64,000 nt of DNA from Escherichia coli (GCF_044324785.1 NZ_CP172127.1), one strand, 5' to 3'. Positions 43,833-53,921 are shown, counted from the stretch's first letter. Notes: generated by a model not told the origin, from the letters alone. Made by a program: numbers and translations.

Positions 43833-45115
43833 TGGCTACATACAAAAACTATCAACAAACCAATTTGTTAGGATTAGAAATACTTCCATCTCATTGGGAA
43901 GTAAAAAAAATTAAGCATCTATTTTCAATTGGTCGAGGTAGAGTCATATCTCAAGCGGAATTAGAAGATGAAGGTATGTATCCAGTATACTCATCGCAAA
44001 CACATAATGATGGATGCTTAGGTTATATTAATAGCTATGACTTCAATTGTGAGCAAATTACATGGACTACGGATGGTGCAAATGCTGGAACTGTTTTTCT
44101 TCGGAAAGGCAAATATAACTGCACAAATGTATGTGGAACATTACAACCAATAAATAAAGAAAACTTTTTACAATTTCATTTATATTGCTTGCAGTACATC
44201 AATCAATTTCATAAGCGCCCTGATACTAATGGGGCGAAGATAATGAATAATGAGATGGCCGAAGTATATATTCCACTACCTTCTAACCAAGAGCAATTAC
44301 GAATCACCACCTTCCTCGACCACGAAACCGCAAAAATCGATAACCTAATCGAGAAACAACAACAATTTATTGAACTATTGAAAGAAAAACGTCAGGCCGT
44401 GATTAGCCATGCGGTGACAAAAGGGCTAAATCCTGACGTGCCGATGAAAGATTCTGGAGTTGAGTGGTTGGGAGAAATGCCTGAACATTGGCATTTTACT
44501 CGAGCTAAATTTGTTTCAAACATATTTGTTCCGCAACGAAATAAGCCAGAGTTAAATGATGACATTGGTATTTTTTGGATAACAATGGAAAACATGAGTC
44601 AACCATATATAACATCTTCCTTTCAATATGTTTCTGACGTTGCAGCACTAAAATCAGGCTCAAAGATATTACCAAAAGGAGCCGTAATAGCCAGCTGCGT
44701 TGGTAATTTTGGAATTGCTGCAATCAATGAGGTCGATGTTATTATCAATCAACAATTGCAAGCATTTCAGACCTTAAGTATAAAGGCCGATTTTCTCATG
44801 GCTTTAGTTTCTATTTCTAAAAAGTATTTTGAAATCATTGGCACCGCTGCAACCCTTGCATATGTAAATAAAGAAGGTTTTGAAAATCTTCCTGTTGTTA
44901 TTCCATCGGAAAATGAACAAATTAATATTTGTAAATACATTAGAGATAAAAATAAAAAGTTTGAAATATTGATTGAGCGTTCCATGCACCAAATTGAGTT
45001 ACTCCAGGAACGCCGCACCGCCCTTATCTCCGCCGCCGTCACCGGCAAAATAGATCTCCGCAACTGGACCGCCCCCATCGCCAAAACGGAAGCACCCACG
45101 GAGGCCAGCGCATGA
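43832..45115 (+). CDS. hsdS: Type I restriction-modification specificity subunit HsdS (427 aa)
   Basis: Two AT-rich target-recognition domains separated by a conserved helical spacer (...LIEKQQQFIELLKEKRQAVISHAVTKGL...) and a matching C-terminal repeat (...ELLQERRTALISAAVTGKIDL...); translationally coupled to hsdM and hsdR. Confidence 0.85.
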   Translation: MATYKNYQQTNLLGLEILPSHWEVKKIKHLFSIGRGRVISQAELEDEGMYPVYSSQTHNDGCLGYINSYDFNCEQITWTTDGANAGTVFLRKGKYNCTNVCGTLQPINKENFLQFHLYCLQYINQFHKRPDTNGAKIMNNEMAEVYIPLPSNQEQLRITTFLDHETAKIDNLIEKQQQFIELLKEKRQAVISHAVTKGLNPDVPMKDSGVEWLGEMPEHWHFTRAKFVSNIFVPQRNKPELNDDIGIFWITMENMSQPYITSSFQYVSDVAALKSGSKILPKGAVIASCVGNFGIAAINEVDVIINQQLQAFQTLSIKADFLMALVSISKKYFEIIGTAATLAYVNKEGFENLPVVIPSENEQINICKYIRDKNKKFEILIERSMHQIELLQERRTALISAAVTGKIDLRNWTAPIAKTEAPTEASA

Positions 45116-48100
45116 ACAACGACATTACAAAAGAGCTCAACCTGCAAAACGACATCATCGCCCAGATGGTGGAAAAAGGCTGGATTGTCGGCAAAGGTGA
45201 CGGCTACGACCGGGAACGTGCGCTATACGCACAAGACGTTCTGCACTTTGTGCAAACCACCCAACCGCAAGAGTGGGAGAAATTCGCCCGCGTTTACCCC
45301 AACGACAACGAACGCCATTTCCTCGACGCGCTGGTTGCGCAGTTAAAAAAAGCCGACAGCAACGCCACCGACATCCAGTCGCGCACCTGGGGTACGCTCG
45401 GCGTACTTCGCCACGGACTGAAAATCCGCAATGCCCGTTTTTCGCTGTGTCAGTTTAAACCGGAACATAATCTCAACCCGGAAACGCTGGCGCGCTATCA
45501 GCAAAATATCTGCCGTATCGTGCCGGAACTGGTCTACAGCCCGTATGCCTCAAATAGCGTCTTTGCAGAAACGGGCGTGAAAGCCAAAAAATGGCGTATC
45601 GATCTGGTGCTGTTTATCAACGGCCTGCCGATTGCCACGCTGGAGCTGAAATCCGAATTTAAACAGGCGGTGCAGAACGCCATTGCCCAGTACAAAAAGA
45701 CCCGCCTGCCGAAGGATCCCGCGACCAATAAACCCGAACCGCTGCTGACCTTTAAGCGCGGCGCGCTGGTGCATTTTGCCGTCAGCCAGTATGACGTCTT
45801 TATGACCACCAAACTCGCGGGTGACAGCACCTTCTTCCTGCCGTTTAACAAAGGCACCAAAGACGGCGGCGCAGGCAACGAGATCCCCGAAGATACCCAC
45901 CGCTACGCCACAGATTATCTGTGGAATGAAGTGCTGCTGCCGGACAACTTATTAAAAATCCTCGCCAGTTTTGTCCATTTGCATATTGAAGAAAAAGAGG
46001 AGTGGAACGGGCTGAAAGCGAAGAAAGAGAGCCTGATTTTCCCGCGTTATCATCAGTGGGATGTGGTCAACAAACTGCTGGAGGCCGCGACGATTGAAGG
46101 AACCGGCCATAAATACCTGATCCAGCACAGCGCCGGTTCCGGTAAATCGAACTCCATTGCCTGGACCGCCCACCAGCTTTCTCGTCTGTACGACGTGAAC
46201 GGGGAAAAACAGTTCCACTCCATTATCGTGGTGACGGACCGCACGGTGCTGGACGACCAGCTTCAGGACACCATCTGGCAGTTCGAACATGCCGACGGCG
46301 TGGTCGGGCGCATCAATAACAGAGAGGGCGACGGCTCTAAATCGGAAAAGCTCGCCAACGCGCTGGAAAACTCGCAGCCGATAATCATCGTCACCATCCA
46401 GACATTCCCGTTCGTGCTGAAAGCCATCGAAAACAGCGTCAGCCTGAAGCAGCGTAAATACGCGGTGATTGCCGACGAAGCACACTCCTCGCAGAGCGGT
46501 TCTACCGCCCGTCAGCTTAAAGAAGTGCTGATGAGCGAAGAAATGGATGATGACTTGGTACTGTCGTCAGAAGATATCCTGGATGCGACCATTGCCGCCC
46601 GGAAAGGCAGCAGTAACCTGAACTACTACGCCTTTACCGCCACGCCAAAATCCAAAACCCTCGAACTTTTTGGTCGCCGTCCACGTCCCGATGAACCGGC
46701 GTCAAAAACCAATAAACCTGAGGCCTTCCACGTCTACTCCATGCGCCAGGCAATCGAAGAAGGCTTTATCCTCGATGTGCTGAAAAACTACACCAACTAC
46801 AAAGTGGCGTATCAGTTGCTGCAAAAGCTGGTAGACAAGGACCGCGAAGTCGACAGCAAGAAGGCAAAGATAAAGCTCAACCTGTGGGTGACACTGCACG
46901 ACCACAATATTTCGCAGAAGGTGAAGGTGATTGTGGAGCACTTCCGCAAACATGTGATGCATCTGCTTGGTGGCCAGGCCAAAGCGATGGTGGTCACCAG
47001 TTCGCGTAAAGCCGCCGTGCGCTATAAGCTGGCATTTGATAAATACATTAGCGAGAACAATTACCAGAAAATCAGCGCGATGGTGGCGTTTTCCGGGGAA
47101 GTTGAATTCCGGGAAGGCGACCATAACAGCCTGGCATTGTTAAACCAGAAATTTACTGAAATAAACATGAACCCCGGCCTAAAAGGGCGGGATATGCGCA
47201 AAGCCTTCGACAGCGATGATTATCAGGTCATGCTGGTTGCCAATAAATTCCAGACCGGTTTTGACCAGCCGAAGCTGTGCGCGATGTACGTGGATAAAGC
47301 CCTCGGCGGCGTCGAGTGCGTGCAGACGCTCTCCCGCCTGAACCGCACCTATCCGGGCAAAGCGGAATCAGGCACTTTTGTCCTCGATTTTTATAACGAT
47401 CCGGGCGAGATCCTCGGCGCATTCCAGCCCTATTTCCAGACGGCGGAACTGACCGATGTCAGCGATCCGCAGCAGGTATTCGATCTGTTTGAAAAACTGC
47501 GCGCCACGCAGATTTTTCAGTGGCATGAAGTCGAGCAGTTCTGCGAGGCGTACTTCATCAAAAATAAATCGAATGCGGCGATCAGTAATATCTGTAAACC
47601 GGCGGTCGAACGCTGGAAAAAGCGTTATCTGATGGCAATAGACGCCTATTTGACCGCCAAAGAGATGTTCGAGCGCACTAAAAAAACGGGCGATACGGTG
47701 TTAATAACCAATGCGGAAAACAGTTTTAAAGCCTGTAAGCAGGAGAAAGATCGTCTGGAGATTTTCAAGAAAGATCTCGGCAGCTTTGTTCGCTTTTATG
47801 AGTTTATGTCGCAAATCGTTGAGTACGATGACAAGGATCTGGAAAAGCTAAGCCTGTTTGCGCGCCATTTACGCCCACTGCTGCATGAGCAACGTCTGGA
47901 AGAGGATGAAATTGATCTCAGTAATGTGGAGATGAGTCACTATCGTTTATCGAAAATCCATGAGCAAGATTTACGCTTACAGGAAGAAACGTCTGACTAT
48001 ACGCTGGATGCAAGTAATGATATTGGTACGGCAAAAGCGAAAGATAAAAAAGAGGAGTTTTTATCGCAGGTGCTTTCTCGGATGAATGAATTATTCATTA

Positions 48101-48375
48101 GCGACCATTTGACCGACAAAGATATGATCAGCAATGCTTTTGCGGTGTATAACAAAATAACTGAAAATGAAAATGTTATGACACAAATTAAAAACAATCC
48201 GCCAGAACAAGCGATTCTTGGTGACTTCCTCCAGGCAGTTGATAATGCTGTAATGGACAGTAATGACGCTCGGCAAGAATTTATGTTGCAATATTTATCC
48301 GATCCAGCTCGGGCAAAGGGCTTTGCTTATCTGATGTTTGATATGCTAACGGGGAAAATTGCTTTGCCAACATAA
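45112..48375 (+). CDS. hsdR: Type I restriction endonuclease subunit HsdR (1087 aa)
   Basis: N-terminal PD-(D/E)XK-like nuclease region (IDLVLFINGLPIATLELK), SF2 helicase motif I SAGSGKSNSIAW and motif II VIADEAHSS (DEAH); ATGA overlap with hsdS. Confidence 0.85.
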   Translation: MNNDITKELNLQNDIIAQMVEKGWIVGKGDGYDRERALYAQDVLHFVQTTQPQEWEKFARVYPNDNERHFLDALVAQLKKADSNATDIQSRTWGTLGVLRHGLKIRNARFSLCQFKPEHNLNPETLARYQQNICRIVPELVYSPYASNSVFAETGVKAKKWRIDLVLFINGLPIATLELKSEFKQAVQNAIAQYKKTRLPKDPATNKPEPLLTFKRGALVHFAVSQYDVFMTTKLAGDSTFFLPFNKGTKDGGAGNEIPEDTHRYATDYLWNEVLLPDNLLKILASFVHLHIEEKEEWNGLKAKKESLIFPRYHQWDVVNKLLEAATIEGTGHKYLIQHSAGSGKSNSIAWTAHQLSRLYDVNGEKQFHSIIVVTDRTVLDDQLQDTIWQFEHADGVVGRINNREGDGSKSEKLANALENSQPIIIVTIQTFPFVLKAIENSVSLKQRKYAVIADEAHSSQSGSTARQLKEVLMSEEMDDDLVLSSEDILDATIAARKGSSNLNYYAFTATPKSKTLELFGRRPRPDEPASKTNKPEAFHVYSMRQAIEEGFILDVLKNYTNYKVAYQLLQKLVDKDREVDSKKAKIKLNLWVTLHDHNISQKVKVIVEHFRKHVMHLLGGQAKAMVVTSSRKAAVRYKLAFDKYISENNYQKISAMVAFSGEVEFREGDHNSLALLNQKFTEINMNPGLKGRDMRKAFDSDDYQVMLVANKFQTGFDQPKLCAMYVDKALGGVECVQTLSRLNRTYPGKAESGTFVLDFYNDPGEILGAFQPYFQTAELTDVSDPQQVFDLFEKLRATQIFQWHEVEQFCEAYFIKNKSNAAISNICKPAVERWKKRYLMAIDAYLTAKEMFERTKKTGDTVLITNAENSFKACKQEKDRLEIFKKDLGSFVRFYEFMSQIVEYDDKDLEKLSLFARHLRPLLHEQRLEEDEIDLSNVEMSHYRLSKIHEQDLRLQEETSDYTLDASNDIGTAKAKDKKEEFLSQVLSRMNELFISDHLTDKDMISNAFAVYNKITENENVMTQIKNNPPEQAILGDFLQAVDNAVMDSNDARQEFMLQYLSDPARAKGFAYLMFDMLTGKIALPT

Positions 48376-48440
48376 AAATACGTTAATAGCCGGGGTCGTA
48401 CTTTCTACCCCGGCCATATTATTTACAATAAGGAATAGCT

Positions 48441-49154
48441 ATGCTGAAGATGATTAAAGATTTTAAATTCAAAAAATACATTAAAAAATTACGTGAAGAA
48501 GGTTTGTTATTTTATGTTTCTTTCGGGTTTATATTTACATTGTTAATGGAAGTTGATGATCGATTACCGTACTATCTTCAACAAGACTTCTTTTTTGATA
48601 CACTTATAGGATTTATGCCAATCAATATATTCTTTGTTTTGATTTGCACATATATATTTTTCAATGCCGTCCATGCGCTTATTTCACCCTATAAATTTCA
48701 AAGAATTGGTGAGAAATTCCTCTCTGAACTTGATAAAAGAACACAACAAATTGGCTTTATTATTTCATTCATATGTTTTGGCATGACTTTGTTTTGTGCA
48801 CTGGTGTGGTTGCTGTTTTTTGAGATGAATACTGAAAGTTACTACGCAAAATATACATTAATTTTTTTGGCTGTTTTTATCATTATGATTATGTTTTCTT
48901 CAGCAGTTAATCCAGTAATGAACAGAATATCACAAAAAATTAAGGAATCGGACTCACATGGAAATTCAAAAATAATTCTTATAATTATAATCATTACATT
49001 ATCGCTATTATTACCAATTGCGTGCATTATCAATAAAAATAAAACAATTGAAATCAATATCAAGAAAGAAACTTATCAGCAAATAAAAGAAAAAACAAAA
49101 ATGAAACCAGAGGATTATATCAAAAAATTGATTACTGATATTAAATTCAACTAA
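48441..49154 (+). CDS. Hypothetical multi-pass membrane protein (237 aa), strongly AT-rich
   Basis: ORF 66 bp downstream of hsdR on the same strand; several hydrophobic segments; Lys/Ile-rich composition, much lower GC than its neighbours. Confidence 0.55.
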   Translation: MLKMIKDFKFKKYIKKLREEGLLFYVSFGFIFTLLMEVDDRLPYYLQQDFFFDTLIGFMPINIFFVLICTYIFFNAVHALISPYKFQRIGEKFLSELDKRTQQIGFIISFICFGMTLFCALVWLLFFEMNTESYYAKYTLIFLAVFIIMIMFSSAVNPVMNRISQKIKESDSHGNSKIILIIIIITLSLLLPIACIINKNKTIEINIKKETYQQIKEKTKMKPEDYIKKLITDIKFN

Positions 49155-49158
49155 TATC

Positions 49159-49192
49159 TATATGTACCCTGGTTTCTTCCAGGGTACATATA
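49159..49192. repeat. Perfect 14-bp inverted repeat (hairpin) at the right edge of the variable cassette
   Basis: tatatgtaccctgg-tttctt-ccagggtacatata; lies between the convergent membrane-protein gene and yjiS. Confidence 0.7.
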
Positions 49193-49229
49193 AAAAGTTA
49201 ATATCCTGATTTATTCTCAACATCCTCTA

Positions 49230-49394
49230 TCACTCCACATCCTCCCTGCGTAACCCAATATCCCTCAACCGCTCATCACTCATCTGCTGTAACACCCGCC
49301 GGGCCTGCATTTGCCGCCGCCAACGCCTCACTGCCTGCCAGAGTTGCACAAGTCCAATAAACGGTGCTTTAGCTTTGTTTTCGTGAAATTCCAT
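49230..49394 (-). CDS. yjiS: DUF1127 small protein YjiS (54 aa)
   Basis: Hand-translated minus-strand ORF MEFHENKAKAPFIGLVQLWQAVRRWRRQMQARRVLQQMSDERLRDIGLRREDVE with the DUF1127 LSDxxLRDIGL motif; AGGAGG Shine-Dalgarno; too short for the ORF track. Confidence 0.75.
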   Translation of the reverse strand: MEFHENKAKAPFIGLVQLWQAVRRWRRQMQARRVLQQMSDERLRDIGLRREDVE

Positions 49395-49570
49395 CTGCTG
49401 CCTCCTCATCTTTCAGAGGCTTCATCATCCGCCTTCTGGCAGTTCACAATACAGATGCAAATATTAGTTTTATTTAACATACAGACAGGTTAAAACAGCA
49501 TCTGCATCCGGTTTTTTAGCCTCATCTGTACCGGTTTTTCTTTCTGTATGGTCCAAATAAGGAATACAGC

Positions 49571-50983
49571 ATGACGCGTTATCAACATCTGGCAACTCTG
49601 CTTGCCGAGCGGATTGAGCAAGGGCTGTATCGTCACGGGGAGAAATTGCCGTCGGTGCGCAGCTTAAGTCAGGAGCACGGCGTCAGCATCAGCACCGTGC
49701 AGCAGGCGTATCAGACGCTGGAGACGATGAAGCTCATCACCCCACAGCCGCGTTCGGGTTATTTTGTCGCACAACGTAAAGCCCAGCCGCCAGTACCGCC
49801 GATGACGCGTCCGGTGCAGCGCCCGGTGGAAATTACCCAGTGGGATCAGGTGCTGGATATGCTGGAGGCGCATAGCGACAGTTCCATTGTTCCGTTAAGC
49901 AAAAGCACGCCGGATGTCGAAACGCCCAGCCTGAAACCGCTCTGGCGGGAGCTAAGCCGGGTGGTACAGCATAATCTGCAAACCGTTCTCGGTTATGACT
50001 TGCTAGCCGGTCAGCGAGTGTTGCGAGAGCAGATTGCCCGCCTGATGCTCGACAGCGGCTCGGTGGTCACCGCCGATGACATCATCATTACCAGCGGCTG
50101 CCATAACTCGATGTCTCTGGCGTTAATGGCGGTGTGTAAACCGGGCGATATTGTCGCGGTCGAATCCCCCTGTTATTACGGTTCGATGCAGATGCTGCGC
50201 GGCATGGGCGTGAAAGTGATTGAAATCCCCACCGATCCAGAAACAGGCATCAGCGTTGAAGCGCTGGAACTGGCGCTGGAACAGTGGCCGATTAAAGGCA
50301 TCATTCTGGTGCCAAACTGTAATAATCCGCTGGGATTTATTATGCCGGACGCGCGCAAACGGGCCGTTCTCTCTCTCGCTCAGCGTCATGATATTGTGAT
50401 TTTTGAAGATGATGTCTACGGCGAACTGGCAACGGAGTATCCGCGCCCGCGGACCATTCATTCCTGGGATATCGACGGGCGAGTGCTGTTGTGCAGCTCG
50501 TTCAGTAAAAGTATTGCTCCAGGCCTGCGCGTGGGTTGGGTCGCACCGGGGCGTTATCACGATAAACTGATGCATATGAAATACGCCATCAGCAGCTTTA
50601 ATGTGCCGTCCACGCAAATGGCGGCGGCAACGTTTGTGCTGGAAGGTCACTATCATCGCCATATCCGGCGGATGCGGCAGATCTATCAGCGCAATTTGGC
50701 GCTTTATACCTGCTGGATACGGGAATATTTTCCCTGCGAAATCTGTATTACGCGCCCGAAAGGCGGATTTTTACTGTGGATCGAATTGCCTGAACAGGTC
50801 GATATGGTCTGCGTCGCGCGGCAGCTGTACCGCATGAAAATCCAGGTGGCGGCAGGCTCGATTTTCTCGGCTTCCGGTAAATACCGTAATTGTCTGCGCA
50901 TCAACTGCGCTTTGCCGCTCAGCGAAACCTATCGCGAAGCACTGAAGCAAATTGGCGAAGCCGTGTATCGGGCAATGGAATGA
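49571..50983 (+). CDS. yjiR: MocR-family (GntR HTH + PLP aminotransferase-like domain) transcriptional regulator YjiR (470 aa)
   Basis: N-terminal GntR-type HTH (LPSVRSLSQEHGVSISTVQQAYQTLE) fused to an aminotransferase class I/II-like domain with SFSKSIAPGLRVGW (PLP-lysine region). Confidence 0.85.
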   Translation: MTRYQHLATLLAERIEQGLYRHGEKLPSVRSLSQEHGVSISTVQQAYQTLETMKLITPQPRSGYFVAQRKAQPPVPPMTRPVQRPVEITQWDQVLDMLEAHSDSSIVPLSKSTPDVETPSLKPLWRELSRVVQHNLQTVLGYDLLAGQRVLREQIARLMLDSGSVVTADDIIITSGCHNSMSLALMAVCKPGDIVAVESPCYYGSMQMLRGMGVKVIEIPTDPETGISVEALELALEQWPIKGIILVPNCNNPLGFIMPDARKRAVLSLAQRHDIVIFEDDVYGELATEYPRPRTIHSWDIDGRVLLCSSFSKSIAPGLRVGWVAPGRYHDKLMHMKYAISSFNVPSTQMAAATFVLEGHYHRHIRRMRQIYQRNLALYTCWIREYFPCEICITRPKGGFLLWIELPEQVDMVCVARQLYRMKIQVAAGSIFSASGKYRNCLRINCALPLSETYREALKQIGEAVYRAME

Positions 50984-51080
50984 ATTCAAAATAGTGGCGA
51001 GCCCCCTGATTTCCTCTCACGAATAGCGTGTGACTCGTTTTATCTTTGCAGGGTCATCTCCACGTTCCAGCATGGCTTAG

Positions 51081-51210
51081 GCAAAATGCGCTTTGTTCAT
51101 GCCGGATGCCATGTGAACGCCTTACCAGGTCTACAAAATTTTTAAAGTTCAATATATTGAATGGGTTATGTAGACCTGATAAGCGTAGCGCATCAGGCTG
51201 CTTTGCGTTT
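51081..51210. repeat. REP element pair downstream of yjiR
   Basis: tgccggatgccatgtgaacgccttaccaggtctac and gtagacctgataagcgtagcgcatcaggc in inverted orientation. Confidence 0.75.
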
Positions 51211-51225
51211 GTCATCAGTCTCTGA

Positions 51226-52182
51226 TTAGTACTCGATCCATGGATCGCGCTTGCTTTCAGGCAAGGGCTGCTCTAATGCCTGCATTTGCTCTGCCGAAAG
51301 TCCGGTATATCGTTGTATCCATTCAGGATCCGCCCCATTCTGCAACAACAATCGGAGGAGGCTCCGTTCCCCTTCTACTTTCCCTTCTTTCCTCCCCCTC
51401 TCCCTTCCCAACAGCCATCCATCATTATGAATTCGCTCTGCAATCGTCATTATTCGCTCCCTTTGTTGTGGCATTCGACTGGTTAGTTCGCTGATAAACT
51501 CTTTAAAACGCGCTTCATCGCCAGTCAGTAAAATGTAATTTAACAGCGCAGTTATCTGGCTGTCATTAGCACACTCTGTAACCAGTAATATTACCAGTTG
51601 ATCGATAAGCCCCATCAGATCGCGCTGGCGAATATGCTTTTGGATCAACTCCAACAGGGCGACTCTGCGGTGCTGCACAATCTCGTCGTCTGGCACGACA
51701 GTGACATCCACCAGCGGGAACGCTGCAGTATAAAGCTTCCGTGCAGTAGTCGGGTCGGCAAATTCGTCCAGCCAGCACAGGGACCAGGGATAAGGACTAC
51801 GGCTACCGTGATAAAACAGCATCGGGATGACCAGCGGTAGCGGCCGGCGTTTATCATGTTCGATATGGCGCTGCATCACCGCCATGGAATATCGCATCAG
51901 GCGAAAGGCCATATGGATATCCTCGCGGCTCTGATGTTCAATCACTACGTAAATATAACCATCACCTTCACGGGTCTTTACCGACCACAGAATATCGGAG
52001 TGTAGCGCCCGCAATTTTTCATCGACGAAGCTGGCGGATTCCAGTTTTAAGCTGTCGAGATCGCACAATTCACGTAAATCTATTGGTAAGTGGATCTCCA
52101 TAAAATCCCGCGCGGTGTCAGGGTGGGTGAGAAAGGATTTAAATAATGCGTCATGCGGCGTACTGGTCGTGAAGTTTGTCAT
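51226..52182 (-). CDS. rpnD: Rpn-family recombination-promoting nuclease (PD-(D/E)XK, transposase_31-like), intact 318-aa ORF
   Basis: N-terminus [33 protein letters not shown]... is the Rpn/YhgA-like signature; the rpnD symbol is assigned from position next to mdtM, as recalled. Confidence 0.7.
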   Translation of the reverse strand: MTNFTTSTPHDALFKSFLTHPDTARDFMEIHLPIDLRELCDLDSLKLESASFVDEKLRALHSDILWSVKTREGDGYIYVVIEHQSREDIHMAFRLMRYSMAVMQRHIEHDKRRPLPLVIPMLFYHGSRSPYPWSLCWLDEFADPTTARKLYTAAFPLVDVTVVPDDEIVQHRRVALLELIQKHIRQRDLMGLIDQLVILLVTECANDSQITALLNYILLTGDEARFKEFISELTSRMPQQRERIMTIAERIHNDGWLLGRERGRKEGKVEGERSLLRLLLQNGADPEWIQRYTGLSAEQMQALEQPLPESKRDPWIEY

Positions 52183-52648
52183 GGCGATCCGTCACCTGTT
52201 GATAAGATGGCCCGACTTTAGCGACTAACAAAACCATTCTCACCCGGCAATTTCCCATTCCCCGAGGTGCTTTCCAGGCTATTTTTATTCTTCTGCAAAC
52301 GTTACATTTTTCCGGAAACAGGCTCGCATTTTACATTTCCTGTACCCGGCAGATATTCCCCTTTCCACCGCACTCTTTTGATTAACCGCAAATTTTAATT
52401 ACACTTAAGGTGTATATTTTCTATGCAACCCATCAATTCAAGAGGTGTAATGTGCTGATGACTATTTGTAATCGTTATACATTCTGACCCGAAGTCAGAA
52501 GGTATTTCTCTGTCTGTGTGTTCACAGGCAGTGTGGTTGATTACATGAAATTCAGTACATTTGTCCTTCTCGCCTGCCTTTCGTCATTACCGACGGTATT
52601 GAATTTCGTTTTCCCCATTGGGGTTCTCCGGACAAGGAGTTGTTTGTT

Positions 52649-53881
52649 ATGCCACGTTTTTTTGCCCGCCATGCCGCCACGCTGTTTTTCCCGATGGCGT
52701 TGATTTTGTATGACTTTGCTGCGTATCTGTCGACGGACCTGATCCAGCCAGGGATCATTAATGTGGTCCGTGATTTTAATGCCGATGTCAGTCTGGCCCC
52801 TGCTGCCGTCAGTCTCTATCTTGCTGGCGGTATGGCGTTACAGTGGCTGCTGGGGCCGCTTTCCGACAGAATTGGCCGCAGGCCGGTGCTGATTACCGGG
52901 GCGTTAATTTTTACCCTTGCCTGCGCCGCGACAATGTTCACCACGTCAATGACACAATTTCTTATCGCGCGTGCAATTCAGGGCACCAGTATCTGTTTTA
53001 TTGCCACCGTTGGTTATGTCACGGTGCAGGAGGCGTTCGGACAGACAAAAGGGATCAGGTTGATGGCGATTATCACCTCCATCGTACTGATTGCGCCGAT
53101 TATCGGCCCGCTTTCCGGCGCAGCTCTGATGCACTTTGTACACTGGAAAGTCCTTTTTGCCATCATTGCGATTATGGGTTTTATCTCATTTGTTGGCTTA
53201 CTGCTGGCGATGCCAGAGACGGTGAAGCGCGGCGCGGTTCCATTTAGCGCCAAAAGCGTCTTGCGCGATTTTCGTAATGTCTTTTGCAATCGGCTGTTCC
53301 TCTTTGGCGCAGCAACCATTTCTTTAAGCTATATCCCGATGATGAGTTGGGTGGCTGTCTCGCCGGTGATCCTTATCGATGCAGGCGGCTTAACAACTTC
53401 GCAGTTCGCCTGGACACAGGTTCCGGTGTTCGGCGCGGTGATTGTCGCGAATGCCATCGTGGCGCGTTTCGTTAAAGATCCGACCGAACCGCGCTTTATC
53501 TGGCGTGCTGTACCCATTCAACTGGTCGGCCTCGCGCTGTTGATTATCGGCAATCTGCTGTCACCGCACGTCTGGCTGTGGTCGGTGCTGGGCACCAGTC
53601 TGTATGCTTTCGGGATTGGTTTGATCTTCCCGACCTTATTCCGCTTTACGCTGTTTTCCAATAACTTACCGAAAGGGACCGTCTCCGCATCGCTGAATAT
53701 GGTGATCCTGATGGTGATGTCTGTCTCGGTCGAAATCGGCCGCTGGCTGTGGTTTAACGGCGGTCGCTTGCCGTTTCATCTGTTAGCCGTTGTGGCAGGC
53801 GTTATCGTCGTTTTCACCCTGGCCGGATTGCTTAATCGCGTGCGCCAACATCAGGCTGCCGAGCTGGCGGAGGAGCGGTGA
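52649..53881 (+). CDS. mdtM: MFS multidrug efflux transporter MdtM (YjiO, 410 aa)
   Basis: 12-[44 protein letters not shown]... with [13 protein letters not shown] motif; internal start chosen. Confidence 0.85.
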   Translation: MPRFFARHAATLFFPMALILYDFAAYLSTDLIQPGIINVVRDFNADVSLAPAAVSLYLAGGMALQWLLGPLSDRIGRRPVLITGALIFTLACAATMFTTSMTQFLIARAIQGTSICFIATVGYVTVQEAFGQTKGIRLMAIITSIVLIAPIIGPLSGAALMHFVHWKVLFAIIAIMGFISFVGLLLAMPETVKRGAVPFSAKSVLRDFRNVFCNRLFLFGAATISLSYIPMMSWVAVSPVILIDAGGLTTSQFAWTQVPVFGAVIVANAIVARFVKDPTEPRFIWRAVPIQLVGLALLIIGNLLSPHVWLWSVLGTSLYAFGIGLIFPTLFRFTLFSNNLPKGTVSASLNMVILMVMSVSVEIGRWLWFNGGRLPFHLLAVVAGVIVVFTLAGLLNRVRQHQAAELAEER

Positions 53882-53921
53882 TTTTTGCGCGATCCTGCCG
53901 TCAGGCTCTATTCTTAACGTT

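Noticed and set aside
51226-52182. Whether the intact 318-aa Rpn-family ORF contrasts with a split yjiP/yjiQ pseudogene in K-12.
   Set aside because: I am not certain of the K-12 annotation state of this gene, so no claim of a difference is made.
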